A DNA stretch of 64,000 bases from contig CAXXSL010000016.1 in NCBI GenBank assembly GCA_963675525.2, forward strand, positions 192,001-256,000, given 5' to 3'. The position numbers were made by a program, and so were the translations under genes. Each line of letters begins with the position of its first letter. Position 1 is the stretch's first letter. The notes under the pieces were generated by a model. It was not told the origin of the DNA. It saw nothing but the letters and a program-made list of their open reading frames with translations, and ran no database searches. This stretch comes from Anaerohalosphaeraceae bacterium. Its GTDB lineage: Bacteria > Planctomycetota > Phycisphaerae > Sedimentisphaerales > Anaerohalosphaeraceae. Positions 51,510-61,511 of the stretch are shown in pieces.

Positions 51510-51541
51510 ATAACTCTATTAATGAAAAAGAGTTATGTCAA
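51510..51541 (-). promoter_or_regulatory. Putative sigma70 promoter of the polysaccharide operon with overlapping palindrome
   Basis: Minus strand TTGACA (51541-51536)-N17-TAGAGT (51518-51513); ATAACTCT-N11-AGAGTTAT at 51510-51536. Confidence 0.6.
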
Positions 51542-51740
51542 CAAAAACGGAAGAGACACGGCCCTCCGTCGCTTAAATTTTAAAAACCTGCCTGAGTCGT
51601 AAAAAAGGCAAGACAATATCCATATCGGCTATTCATTAAGTATGTATTAATAAGAGTTTATAAATAAAACATCGCAGAAGAAGGTCCCATATTATACGAG
51701 GGAAACGAAAATAATGTTCTTAGCGGTTAAATCCATATTC

Positions 51741-52541
51741 TTATCCGCTATAGCTACAATAAGTACGGTCATTTTCCCAAACCGTAATTTCCACAAGTTT
51801 ACTTTCTTTGAACTTCCCCGCCAGCTTTTTCCATGCAAAATAGGCAAGATTTTCAACCGTCGGATTCAGGCTTTCAAAACCTTCGACATCAACATTTAAG
51901 TTCTTATGATCGACCAACTTAAGAAAATTCTCTTCAACCACATTTTCAAACTCACAAATCCCGCCGTCATCGTTCGAAGCAACGCTCCGGCTGACACTGA
52001 CTTCCAGGATATAATTATGGCCATGACCGGCCGGATTGGCACACTTGCCGAAAAGCTCAAAATTCTTTTTTTTGTCAAAACACTCATTCCAGAGCTGATG
52101 CATCGCTGCAAATTCAAATTTTTCGCTGAATGTAAACATCTCAGCTTCCTCCGATTGAATAGAAATACGTCGAAATGGATTCAATTCCAATTGCAGCCGT
52201 ACCAATTGCTGCGTTTCAAATGACTGATTAATGTCTTTAAAACAGGACTTCAAAACCGCAACCAAATTCGTCACGGACATCGGCCGCCCCTGCTTGATAG
52301 AACTCGAGATCGAATCGTTAAAAATCGGAAAGGCTTTCTGACGAACAACCTTGTCGATCTCAGAAACGTTAACCACAAAACCCGTCTCCGGGTCCAGCGC
52401 GCTTTCCAGGTCAACCCATAAAGAAAAATAAAAGCACAAACCTTCACCGCACGGCTTGGAGGCATACGAATTAAACCCTAACGCCTGTTCGCTTGAAAAA
52501 GGCTCAACTGAAAAGCGTATCTGCCGGCTCAACGTATGCAT
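51741..52541 (-). CDS. Tandem-domain 6-pyruvoyltetrahydropterin synthase family protein
   Basis: C-terminal domain FAAMH, GKCANPAGHGHNY, DHKNLN, PTVENLA, VWE; degenerate N-terminal copy (DPETGFVVN). Confidence 0.88.
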   Translation of the reverse strand: MHTLSRQIRFSVEPFSSEQALGFNSYASKPCGEGLCFYFSLWVDLESALDPETGFVVNVSEIDKVVRQKAFPIFNDSISSSIKQGRPMSVTNLVAVLKSCFKDINQSFETQQLVRLQLELNPFRRISIQSEEAEMFTFSEKFEFAAMHQLWNECFDKKKNFELFGKCANPAGHGHNYILEVSVSRSVASNDDGGICEFENVVEENFLKLVDHKNLNVDVEGFESLNPTVENLAYFAWKKLAGKFKESKLVEITVWENDRTYCSYSG

Positions 52542-52550
52542 GATATAGGG

Positions 52551-53123
52551 TTACTTTCTGTCCACATGCATCAGCGTCAACACTTCAGCCCGGCTTCGCG
52601 AGTCTTTCTTGAAGATCCCTCGCAACGCACTGGTCACCATCATCGCCCCGGGCTTTTTGATCCCGCGAATCGTCATACAACTGTGTGAGGCTTCCAGAAC
52701 CACCGAAACCCCCTTGGGCATGAGATTGGACATCAGGAAATCGGCGATCTGATCGGTCAGGCGTTCCTGAACCTGAAGCCTGCGGGAAAATGCATCCACG
52801 ATCCGCGCCAGCTTGCTGACCCCCAGCACCTTCCCATCCGGCAAATAAGCAATATGCGCCTTACCGATGAACGGCATCAAATGATGCTCACACACACTAT
52901 AAAACGGAATTTCCCGCAGCAGTACGATTTCATCGTATTTTTCATGAAAAATACTATTAAGATGTTCCGACGGCTCGTGTCGCATCCCCTCCAGCAGTTC
53001 GGCATACATCCGCGATACCCGTGCCGGCGTATCTTTCAATCCCTCACGATTTGGATTTTCGCCCACCGCCTCAAGGATTTCCAAAACGGCTTTTTCGATT
53101 CTTTCCAGATTTACTTCTTTCAT
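52551..53123 (-). CDS. folE: GTP cyclohydrolase I
   Basis: [44 protein letters not shown]. Confidence 0.97.
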   Translation of the reverse strand: MKEVNLERIEKAVLEILEAVGENPNREGLKDTPARVSRMYAELLEGMRHEPSEHLNSIFHEKYDEIVLLREIPFYSVCEHHLMPFIGKAHIAYLPDGKVLGVSKLARIVDAFSRRLQVQERLTDQIADFLMSNLMPKGVSVVLEASHSCMTIRGIKKPGAMMVTSALRGIFKKDSRSRAEVLTLMHVDRK

Positions 53124-53357
53124 GAGCTATCCTGCCATTGAATTCATCGTACTTTGAAACGAAGCAGTATACCCACAAACCCCCACAAAAGCAAGAATAA
53201 CACCCCGCCGCAGACATTCAAAGTGGTCTCGTTTTATCCTGAAACAATCTCCTCCTTTATCCCGACCGAATAAAACGGCTCACAGCCTGAGATCTTTATT
53301 TTATTTCCTGTCTTTTCCGGTTATACTGAGACATCGAATTCAATTCTTGGAGAAAAA

Positions 53358-54566
53358 ATGCTCAAAATAACGAAAAAAAACAACCTTTGGATCACAATGT
53401 TACTTCTCCTGCCGCTCTTATCCCTCTGTCCATGTTCTTGCCGGGCCAACAGCACAAACTACGAAATTGACCCCGCCCCCTTTTACAGCAGCATGCACCA
53501 TTGGTATGACATCTACGACAAATCAAACATCATTGACCCAAAACCCGACCAGCCCCGCTACAGCACCTCACAAATAACCGAGATCGCCGACAATATTCTC
53601 ATCTACCAGAAAGACAACGGCGGCTGGCCCAAAAATTACGATATGCAGGCCATCCTGACCGACGAACAAAAAGACCTGCTCATCAAGGCCAAAAGCAAGC
53701 TGGATACAACCTTCGACAACAGCACCACCTATTCGCACATCGAATGCCTGGCAAAAGTCTATGAAGCAACCGGCATCGAAAAATATAAAACCGCCTGCCT
53801 AAAAGGAATCGATTTTACACTCGCCGCCCAATACCCCAGCGGCGGATGGCCTCAGTATTTCCCCCTGCAGGAAAATTACAGCCGGCACATCACATTCAAC
53901 GACGATGCGATGGTGGGCATCATGCAGATGCTCAAGGACATGACAGATAATAAGTCGCATTACACCTTCCTCGATGCCCAGGTCCGCCAAAAAGTCACCG
54001 ACGCCTACCAAAAGGGACTCGACTGCATCCTCAAATGCCAGATTAAGGACAATGGAAAATTAACCGCCTGGTGTCAGCAGCATGACGCAACGGATCTCAG
54101 TCCCGCCAAGGCAAGGGCCTATGAACTGCCCAGTATCTGTAACCGAGAAAGTGCAAGTATCGTTCTGTTCTTAATGAGCCTCGACAACCCCAGCAAAGAG
54201 GTGATTAATTCCATAGAAAGCGCCGTCCAATGGTTCGAGGACTCGAAGATTACCGGCATCCGGATTGAGTATTTCGAAACCCCTCCGTTCAAAACCCCCC
54301 TGAGAATATTAACAACCGACGTACGCGTTGTCGAAGATCCGACGGCCTCGCCGATATGGGCGCGTTTTTACGAACTCAAAACACACCGCCCGCTCTTTAG
54401 CAACCGGCAAAGCGACGTCTTCTATTCCCTCGCAGAAGTCGACAGGGAACGCCGCGCCTACGGTTGGTATACCGACCTGCCGAAAACAGTCATGATGCAA
54501 TACCCCAAATGGCAAAAAAAATGGGCTCCCGATCAAAATCTTGTTAAGCAGTTGATGACGCCCTGA
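53358..54566 (+). CDS. Secreted pectate lyase, PL10 (PelA-like)
   Basis: YQKDNGGWPKN, TTFDNSTT, GGWPQYFP, ITFNDDAM, WCQQHD, ARAYELPS, WARFYE. Confidence 0.92.
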   Translation: MLKITKKNNLWITMLLLLPLLSLCPCSCRANSTNYEIDPAPFYSSMHHWYDIYDKSNIIDPKPDQPRYSTSQITEIADNILIYQKDNGGWPKNYDMQAILTDEQKDLLIKAKSKLDTTFDNSTTYSHIECLAKVYEATGIEKYKTACLKGIDFTLAAQYPSGGWPQYFPLQENYSRHITFNDDAMVGIMQMLKDMTDNKSHYTFLDAQVRQKVTDAYQKGLDCILKCQIKDNGKLTAWCQQHDATDLSPAKARAYELPSICNRESASIVLFLMSLDNPSKEVINSIESAVQWFEDSKITGIRIEYFETPPFKTPLRILTTDVRVVEDPTASPIWARFYELKTHRPLFSNRQSDVFYSLAEVDRERRAYGWYTDLPKTVMMQYPKWQKKWAPDQNLVKQLMTP

Positions 54567-54661
54567 TAAACAGGAAATTGCAATACGAAAGACTTGGGTA
54601 TCAGATGAATTTATGAACAAAGACCCCGACTGATAAAATCTAACTAATAAAAGGAAAAGAT

Positions 54662-56302
54662 ATGATGAGAAGAGTTCTCTACGCCACTATTTTCCTATTC
54701 ATAATTCAGTTTCAAAATATATATGCACAGAATAGTATTCCACATTTAAAAAAGGTTGGTAACAGGCACCAATTGATAGTAAATGGAAAACCATTTTTAA
54801 TGTTGGCGGGCGAGTTAAGTAACTCCATCGCCAGCACAATGGAATCCATGGAGCCCGTTTGGCCCCGCATGAAAGAGCTGAATGTAAATACCCTTCTCGT
54901 TCCCGTTTATTGGGAATTACTGGAACCGGAAGAAGGCAAATTTGATTATCAGTTGGTTGATGATCTCATTTTGGAAGCAAGAAAATATGATCTGAAAATT
55001 GTTCCTCTATGGTTTGGTTCATGGAAAAATAGTATGTCCAGCCATGCACCAGCCTGGGTAAAGCTTGATCAGAAACGCTTTCCGCGTGCCAAAAGTGACG
55101 CTGGTATAAGTCAGGAAATATTGACACCACTATCTGAGAATAACTTAAAAGCTGATCTAAATGCTTATAAGCACCTTATGCGCCACATTAAGGAAGTAGA
55201 TGCTGAGCATCAAACAGTAATTTTAATGCAACCCGAAAATGAAATTGGCATGTTACCTTCTGCACGAGATCATTCCGCCTTGGCCAATGATCAATTCCAA
55301 AAAGAGGTGCCCGCTGAACTGATAAACTACATGAAAGAAAATAAATCAAACCTGAACCCGGAATTCTTGGAAATCTGGGAAAAGAATGGTTTTAAAACTT
55401 CGGGCAATTGGGAGACGGTTTTTGGCAAAGGATTACATACCGATGAGATTTTTATGGCCTGGTATTTTGCTCTCTATGCAGATAAAATTTCTGCCGCTGG
55501 AAAAGAGGAATACGCTTTACCCACCTATGTTAATGCAGCATTGAATCGACCTGGAAAGAAACCGGGCGAATACCCGAGTGCCGGCCCGCTTCCCCATGTT
55601 TTGGATGTATGGATGGCCGCCTCACCATCTATCGATTTTTATTCGCCGGATTATTATACCCCGCGTTTTAAACATTGGAATGATTTATATGTAAGACAGG
55701 GCAACCCACTGTTTGTGCCGGAACATAAGTTCGATAATACAGTCGCTGCAAAAGCGTTATATACGATAGGGCATTATGAGGGTCTTGGATTTTCACCATT
55801 TTCCATACAACAAATCCCAGGTGTACCGTTTAGCCCCAAGGAAGAGAAGCTGGCAAATGTCTACGATATCATGAGTCAGATTAAACCCATATTAGATAAG
55901 AACTGGGGACAAGGAAAAATTGAGGCTGTATTGCTGGACAAAGACGATAATAAGGCTGCTTTTACATTGGGAGATTATGAATTTACGGCCGTGCACACGC
56001 ACAATTTGGGCTGGGAGGCCGAGGCGAAATCAGATGAATGGGAACAGTCTGCTGCAATGATTATCCAAAATGGGGATAACGAATTTTATTATGCAGGGTT
56101 TGGAGTTTCAATTAAAGCAAAAAACCTGAAAGAGAAAGATAGAGTGGTCGGGATATTGAAAACAGATCGTGTCTATTTTAAAGATGGCAAGTGGCATGTA
56201 TACCAACATCTAAATGGAGATCAGACGCATCAAGGAAGGCATATACGTTCATTTGTGAATGATATTTCAATTCAGAAATTTACTTTGTATATGTATGATT
56301 AA
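54662..56302 (+). CDS. Secreted GH35/GH42-like glycoside hydrolase with DUF5597
   Basis: GELSNS, PVYWELLEPEEGKFD, LWFGSWKN, QPENEIG, YPSAGP, SPDYY, FVPE, LNGDQ. Confidence 0.85.
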   Translation: MMRRVLYATIFLFIIQFQNIYAQNSIPHLKKVGNRHQLIVNGKPFLMLAGELSNSIASTMESMEPVWPRMKELNVNTLLVPVYWELLEPEEGKFDYQLVDDLILEARKYDLKIVPLWFGSWKNSMSSHAPAWVKLDQKRFPRAKSDAGISQEILTPLSENNLKADLNAYKHLMRHIKEVDAEHQTVILMQPENEIGMLPSARDHSALANDQFQKEVPAELINYMKENKSNLNPEFLEIWEKNGFKTSGNWETVFGKGLHTDEIFMAWYFALYADKISAAGKEEYALPTYVNAALNRPGKKPGEYPSAGPLPHVLDVWMAASPSIDFYSPDYYTPRFKHWNDLYVRQGNPLFVPEHKFDNTVAAKALYTIGHYEGLGFSPFSIQQIPGVPFSPKEEKLANVYDIMSQIKPILDKNWGQGKIEAVLLDKDDNKAAFTLGDYEFTAVHTHNLGWEAEAKSDEWEQSAAMIIQNGDNEFYYAGFGVSIKAKNLKEKDRVVGILKTDRVYFKDGKWHVYQHLNGDQTHQGRHIRSFVNDISIQKFTLYMYD

Positions 56303-56373
56303 CGCAAGCATGGTATGTCACCAGGAGAATCAAAAGGATCGGGCCTTCTCATGTGATTAGAAAACCTCTTAAA

Positions 56374-56456
56374 AATCCAGCTAATCCTGTCTAAAATAAA
56401 ATCCGCGATAACTCGCGTAATCTGCGGTCATCCTCATGTCTCAAGCCTCAAGACTC
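56374..56456 (-). repeat. Heptamer plus nonamer repeat tract at the GH27 stop
   Basis: Minus strand: gagtc-ttgaggc-ttgagac-atgagga, ccgcagatt-acgcgagtt-atcgcggatt, acaggatta-gctggatt. Confidence 0.7.
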
Positions 56457-58409
56457 GGAACCAAACACCCGCACCAGCAGCACACCATGCGGCGGGATGT
56501 CTTCGGCCGTAAATGATATTTTGAACTCGCCGAGATCCTTTTGCCGCCACAGGTCACGGACACGGTGTTTATCACTTGCCTTCAAGCCCAGCGGTATCCA
56601 GTCCAAGCTTAGTGATTGGGGCTTATATGCATTCATATTAAATATTCCCACAACCTTCGAACCGTCTTCCATGTCTTTGACCCATACCTTCATATTCACA
56701 CCATCATACAGGCATTTTGCCTGTTTGCCCAGCGGATCCTGGTTGACTTCCAGCACCTCGTCATTGGTCAGCAGGTTCAGTGTAAACTCATCCAACTGCT
56801 CGATCGGACAACCGATCAGCAGCGGCGAACTGAGCATGCACCACAGGCTGATATGCGTATACTGCTCATCCGGGGTCAGTCGCGAATCGTGCAGATTCGG
56901 CCCCCAGCCGACCTTGCCCACAACCAGCATATCCGGATCGTTCCACTGTCCCGGCTTGGCGTAACGGTACAACTCCGCCTGCCCAAAACCGATACCCGCC
57001 ATGCTCGACCATGTGTCTCTAATATCGCCCGTTGTCCGCCAGCAGTTGCCGCCAACCTCGCCGCCCCACTTCCAGACATCACCCCAGCCGTATTGACACA
57101 GGCTGTAAACAATATCCCGCCCAACCCGGTCCAGCATCTGGCGCATCAGAATATACGGCCGCTGCAAATCCTCCAGCGTCTGATTCCCCGACACCTTCGA
57201 ATACCCGCACCAATCATACTTGAGATAGTCAAATCCCCACTCCGCAAACTGCTGCGCATCCAATAGCTCATGCTGCCAGCTGGCTTCATACCCCGCACAC
57301 GTCGTCGGCCCGGGTCCTATATAAATACCCGCCTTAAGCCCCAGTCCATGAATGTAATCGGTCAGCGACTTCATGTCGGGAAATTTGTCATTGCATAAGA
57401 TACGTCCGTCCTCATCCCGTACCGGCTCAATCGAACCCGGCTTCCGCATCCAACAGTCATCAATATTAATATAACTCCAGCCGTGATTGACCAGCCCCGA
57501 ATCCACCATCGCCTTGGCTGACAAGCGCACCTTCGCGTCATCCACAGCACACGCCCAGCAGTTCCAACTGTTCCACCCCATCGGCGGCGTTAAGGCAATC
57601 GTATCGCCCACAACAATTTTCAGCGACCGTTCGGCTTTCCCCTCGTCATTTTTCGCAATCACCGTTGTTTTGTATTCGCCTTTGGTTTCAACAGCACCGG
57701 TAATGCGCCCCGTTTTCGAATCCAGCGTCAAGCCTTCCGGCAGATTCTTCACCTCAAACATCATCGGCCGCGTGCCTGTGGCTGTGACTGTAAATAAAAA
57801 CGGATTTCCCGGACGCGCACCAAAAACGGTCGGTCCCGTAATCCGCGGCGCCGGTCCCGGCTTCGGCGTCAAAATATACGGCTCAGATCCGTATCGTTCC
57901 ATTATTCTTGGCTTGTCACCAGCATATTCGATCTTCGCCATCGCCCAGTCCGCATGGTCATAGTCAATCCCGTCTCCTGTATCATAAACGAATAATCGAA
58001 GGAGTTTAATTCCCTTCAAATCGACTGTAATGTCTTTAGCTGTGTCTCCGGCCCTCATCGGCCCTGAATCGGCCAGTTCCTTCCCGCCACTACTGACTTC
58101 AAATTCCACACTGCCGCGACTGCCCGTTTCGCTGTCCACACCGACCTTGGCCGTAAACCGCATCGCATTGCCATCCAGCTCAATATACATCTCCCCATTT
58201 GCATGTGTCCCAATCCCACGTTCAAATGTCTTGCCGTCAATCGTCAGCGGATTTCCATCGATGGAACGATTGGCCTGTGTTTCTCCCCACCCCTCCGTCG
58301 CCTGCGTTACATCCAGCTCATCCAGCCAAACCGTCTTAACATCCTCACTCGCCACCGCCAAACCGCTGACAACAATCAGACAAACCAATCCTACCGTATG
58401 CTTAATCAT
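56448..58409 (-). CDS. Secreted GH27 alpha-galactosidase with NPCBM and Ig-like domains
   Basis: GIGTHA...DHADWA (NPCBM); TPPMGWNSWN, NIDDCW, DYLKYDWC, WRTTGDI, WNDPDML. Start put at ATG 58409 (GGGAG 7 nt upstream); 58415 and 58427 are alternatives. Confidence 0.93.
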   Translation of the reverse strand: MIKHTVGLVCLIVVSGLAVASEDVKTVWLDELDVTQATEGWGETQANRSIDGNPLTIDGKTFERGIGTHANGEMYIELDGNAMRFTAKVGVDSETGSRGSVEFEVSSGGKELADSGPMRAGDTAKDITVDLKGIKLLRLFVYDTGDGIDYDHADWAMAKIEYAGDKPRIMERYGSEPYILTPKPGPAPRITGPTVFGARPGNPFLFTVTATGTRPMMFEVKNLPEGLTLDSKTGRITGAVETKGEYKTTVIAKNDEGKAERSLKIVVGDTIALTPPMGWNSWNCWACAVDDAKVRLSAKAMVDSGLVNHGWSYINIDDCWMRKPGSIEPVRDEDGRILCNDKFPDMKSLTDYIHGLGLKAGIYIGPGPTTCAGYEASWQHELLDAQQFAEWGFDYLKYDWCGYSKVSGNQTLEDLQRPYILMRQMLDRVGRDIVYSLCQYGWGDVWKWGGEVGGNCWRTTGDIRDTWSSMAGIGFGQAELYRYAKPGQWNDPDMLVVGKVGWGPNLHDSRLTPDEQYTHISLWCMLSSPLLIGCPIEQLDEFTLNLLTNDEVLEVNQDPLGKQAKCLYDGVNMKVWVKDMEDGSKVVGIFNMNAYKPQSLSLDWIPLGLKASDKHRVRDLWRQKDLGEFKISFTAEDIPPHGVLLVRVFGSES

Positions 58410-58429
58410 TTTCATACTCCCATTCAAAT

Positions 58430-58457
58430 TGTCATTCTGAGCGCAGCGAAGAATCTC
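58430..58457 (+). repeat. REP-like extragenic palindrome
   Basis: TGTC-ATTCT-GAGCGCAGCGA-AGAAT-CTC; translates as VILSAAKNL in a shadow ORF. Confidence 0.65.
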
Positions 58458-58525
58458 ACCTCTGTATCTTTAAAAGCATTCACACCTTCAAAATAAAAAT
58501 CTGTGCAATCTGTGAACAAAAAAAA

Positions 58526-60049
58526 CTACGCACTCAACACAAACGCCGTCAGCAACCGCACACCGAATCCAATCGACCCCGGCGCATCGCCTTCGCCTGC
58601 CCCCCAGACACCAACCCCGGCGATATCCAGATGCGCCCACCTGGCCTTATCGACAAACTGGCTCAGGAACGCCGCCGCCGTACACGCCCCGCCGTACTTA
58701 CCGCCGACATTTTTCAAGTCGGCAATCTTGCTTTTCATCTCGTCAACAAATTCATCATCGCAGGGCAAATGCCAAACCCGCTCGCCCGTCGCAACTGATG
58801 CATCTTTGAGCCGCTCAACCAGCACATCATCATTGCCCATCACGCCTGCGCGTTTCTGCCCCAGCGCCACCACACACGCCCCCGTCAGCGTTGCCATATC
58901 AACGATCGGCGAGCAGCCCAGTTTTTCCGCATACGCAATCGCATCGCACAAAATCATCCGCCCCTCCGCATCCGTATTCTGTATCTCCACCGTCTTGCCG
59001 CTGAACGTCGTCACAATGTCGCCGGGCCGATAGCTCCCCGTCCCCGGCATATTCTCCGCCGATGGAATAATCCCATAAACTTTCACCTTCGGCTTCAACT
59101 TCGCAATCGCCTGCATCGCCCCCAGCACGGCAATCCCGCCGGACTTGTCAAATTTCATATCCTGCATCCCGGCACCGGGCTTGAGACTGATGCCGCCGGA
59201 ATCAAACGTCACCGCCTTGCCCACCAAACCGATCGCCTTCGCGTTTTTCCCCGCCCCCGCCGGCGTGTATTGCAGAATGATCAGCCGAGGCGGCGTGACC
59301 GACCCCTGACCCACCGCCAGAATGCCCCCCATCTTCTTCGTCTTAAGCTGTTTTTCATCCAGCACCGTACACCGCAACCCCGCAATGCCCTGCGCCATCT
59401 TTCGTGCTTCCGCCGCGAGGGTTACCGGGTTGATGACATTCGCCGGACGATTCGCAAGCATCCGTGCGTAATTCTGCGCCTGCCCCGTGATCAGCCCGAC
59501 CGCGATCCCCTTGCGCAACTTCGCGATCGCCGACACACTCGCATCAAAAATCACCGCCGTCAGTTTCGCCGGCCGCTTCTTCGCATCCGTCATATACTCA
59601 TCATAGCGAAACGCCCCGAAACACGCGCCTTCCGCAAGCGCCTGCCCAACCGCAGTCGAATCCAGCTTTGCCGATGCACCGATCTCTGTATGCAAACTCA
59701 GCGCAACGGATTTCGCCTTCAGCTCGACCGCCTTTGTCGTCGCCAGCGCCGCCGCCTTCCGCAAAACCTCCAGCTTGGCGTCTTTCCGCTTGCCAAGCCC
59801 GACCAGCAGAACACGTGCTGCGGCCGCTTTCCCTTCGCTGTACAAAAGACAACTGCTGCCGGCCTTCGCTTCAAAATCGCCCAGTCTGCGAACCTTTGTA
59901 ATCGCCCCGCCCAGCTTTTTATCCAGTGCCTTGACCAGTGAGCCCGCCGTTACATCCGAAAACACACCGACCGCCAAAACATCGCTCTTGGTAATGAATA
60001 CATCGCCCTTTTGAGCCTTGACCGAAATTTGAATCAATGATTTTGTCAT
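58526..60049 (-). CDS. pepA: Leucyl aminopeptidase (M17)
   Basis: GKAVTFDSGGISLK, MKFDKSG, NTDAEGR, ATLTGA, WAHLDIAG. Confidence 0.95.
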   Translation of the reverse strand: MTKSLIQISVKAQKGDVFITKSDVLAVGVFSDVTAGSLVKALDKKLGGAITKVRRLGDFEAKAGSSCLLYSEGKAAAARVLLVGLGKRKDAKLEVLRKAAALATTKAVELKAKSVALSLHTEIGASAKLDSTAVGQALAEGACFGAFRYDEYMTDAKKRPAKLTAVIFDASVSAIAKLRKGIAVGLITGQAQNYARMLANRPANVINPVTLAAEARKMAQGIAGLRCTVLDEKQLKTKKMGGILAVGQGSVTPPRLIILQYTPAGAGKNAKAIGLVGKAVTFDSGGISLKPGAGMQDMKFDKSGGIAVLGAMQAIAKLKPKVKVYGIIPSAENMPGTGSYRPGDIVTTFSGKTVEIQNTDAEGRMILCDAIAYAEKLGCSPIVDMATLTGACVVALGQKRAGVMGNDDVLVERLKDASVATGERVWHLPCDDEFVDEMKSKIADLKNVGGKYGGACTAAAFLSQFVDKARWAHLDIAGVGVWGAGEGDAPGSIGFGVRLLTAFVLSA

Positions 60050-60073
60050 CTCTGCAATCCTTTAAAAAAATGC

Positions 60074-61498
60074 CTAAGACGAGAACTGAAAATCCGCACT
60101 CGGCGTTCGCGCCTCTTTCATAATTTTTGCCATTTTCCCAACAATCTCCGGATACTGCGCCGCAACATTTTTTGTCTCGCCGATATCCGTACTCAAATCA
60201 TACAACTCAACAGGCCCGGCCGGATGCTGTCCGACATTCAGCCGCACCGCTTTCCATTGCCCCATGCGAACCGCCTGCTTGCCGCCCCGCTCATGAAATT
60301 CCCAATACAGATACGCATGCTGTTTTTGCTGAGCAGTCTTTCCCCGCAGCGTCGGCCGCATCGAGATCCCATCAATATCATTTCCCGCACACAATCCCCC
60401 CAGTTCGGCGCACGTCGGCAGAATATCCTGAAACCCGCTGATATGGTCGCTCTCGCTGCCAGCTTTGATCGTCCCCGGCCAGCGCACAATAAACGGCACA
60501 CGAATCCCGCCTTCATACAGATCGCGTTTGATCCCGCGCAAAGGCCCGCTGCTGTGATTAAACGCCGGGTCATTGCCCCCCTCGGCATGAGGCCCGTTAT
60601 CGCTGGTAAACATCACAACCGTATTCTCATCGATCCCCAGCACCGCAAGCTGCCGCAAAATTTTCCCGACATCCGCATCCATCCGCGAGATCATCGCCGC
60701 GTGCGCCTTCTGCGCCTCCGGCCAATCCGTATCCTTGTACGCCCCCAGTTCCGGCACTTCCATCCCCGCATCGCCCGCCTCATTATTCGCATGGGGGATC
60801 GTTAATGCCAGGTACAGAAAAAACGGTTCATCCTTTTTCGCTTGGATAAAATCAAGCGCCTTCTCCACAAACAGATCATGTGAATACACCGCCTTGTTCG
60901 TCGAAACACCCCCCGGCAATCCCCCTCGCCCCAGTTGGATATACTCAACCTCGTTCGGCAGGCGGATCTTCTTGTCATTTTCCCAAAGATAATCCGGGTA
61001 ATAATTATGTGCCGCCCGCTGATTCAGATACCCGAAGAAGTAGTCGAACCCCTGCTTGTTCGGAACACCCGTCGTCCCCGGCTCACCCAGTCCCCACTTG
61101 CCGATCAACCCCGTCGCGTACCCCGCCTCTTTCATCCGCTCCGCCACCGTCACATCCTCCGGCAAAAGCGGAGTCCGTTTGTTCCCGCGTATCCGGCAAT
61201 GCCCCGTATGCAAACCCGTCATCAGCGCACACCGCGACGGAGCACACACCGTACTGCCCGCATAATGCTGCGTAAACCGCACGCCTTCCGCGGCCATCGC
61301 GTCAATGTTCGGCGTCTGAATGCGCCTCTGCCCGTAACACCCCAGGTCGCCATACCCCAGGTCATCGGCAAGAATGTAAATGATATTCGGCTTTTGCCGC
61401 CCGCCGAAACCAAACCGCTCAAACACACACCCGCCCAGCAGCGACCCCGACGCCACAGCACCCGCGCCTTTAAGAAAATGTCGTCTCGACAATCCCAT
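60074..61498 (-). CDS. Tat-exported arylsulfatase (formylglycine, S1)
   Basis: Start MGLSRRHFLK 61498; PNIIYILADDLGYGD, CAPSRCALMTG, GKWGLG, SDNG, YEGGIRVP. Confidence 0.93.
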   Translation of the reverse strand: MGLSRRHFLKGAGAVASGSLLGGCVFERFGFGGRQKPNIIYILADDLGYGDLGCYGQRRIQTPNIDAMAAEGVRFTQHYAGSTVCAPSRCALMTGLHTGHCRIRGNKRTPLLPEDVTVAERMKEAGYATGLIGKWGLGEPGTTGVPNKQGFDYFFGYLNQRAAHNYYPDYLWENDKKIRLPNEVEYIQLGRGGLPGGVSTNKAVYSHDLFVEKALDFIQAKKDEPFFLYLALTIPHANNEAGDAGMEVPELGAYKDTDWPEAQKAHAAMISRMDADVGKILRQLAVLGIDENTVVMFTSDNGPHAEGGNDPAFNHSSGPLRGIKRDLYEGGIRVPFIVRWPGTIKAGSESDHISGFQDILPTCAELGGLCAGNDIDGISMRPTLRGKTAQQKQHAYLYWEFHERGGKQAVRMGQWKAVRLNVGQHPAGPVELYDLSTDIGETKNVAAQYPEIVGKMAKIMKEARTPSADFQFSS

Positions 61499-61511
61499 CG
61501 TTCGTCCCTTC

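Noticed and set aside
51400..51510. Riboswitch or ops/JUMPstart element in the ugd leader
   Set aside because: No GGCGGTAG ops motif or recognisable riboswitch consensus by eye; an Rfam covariance search would be needed to exclude it fully.
51741..52541. queD
   Set aside because: The motif is Cx5HGH rather than Cx3HGH, and no other que genes are adjacent.
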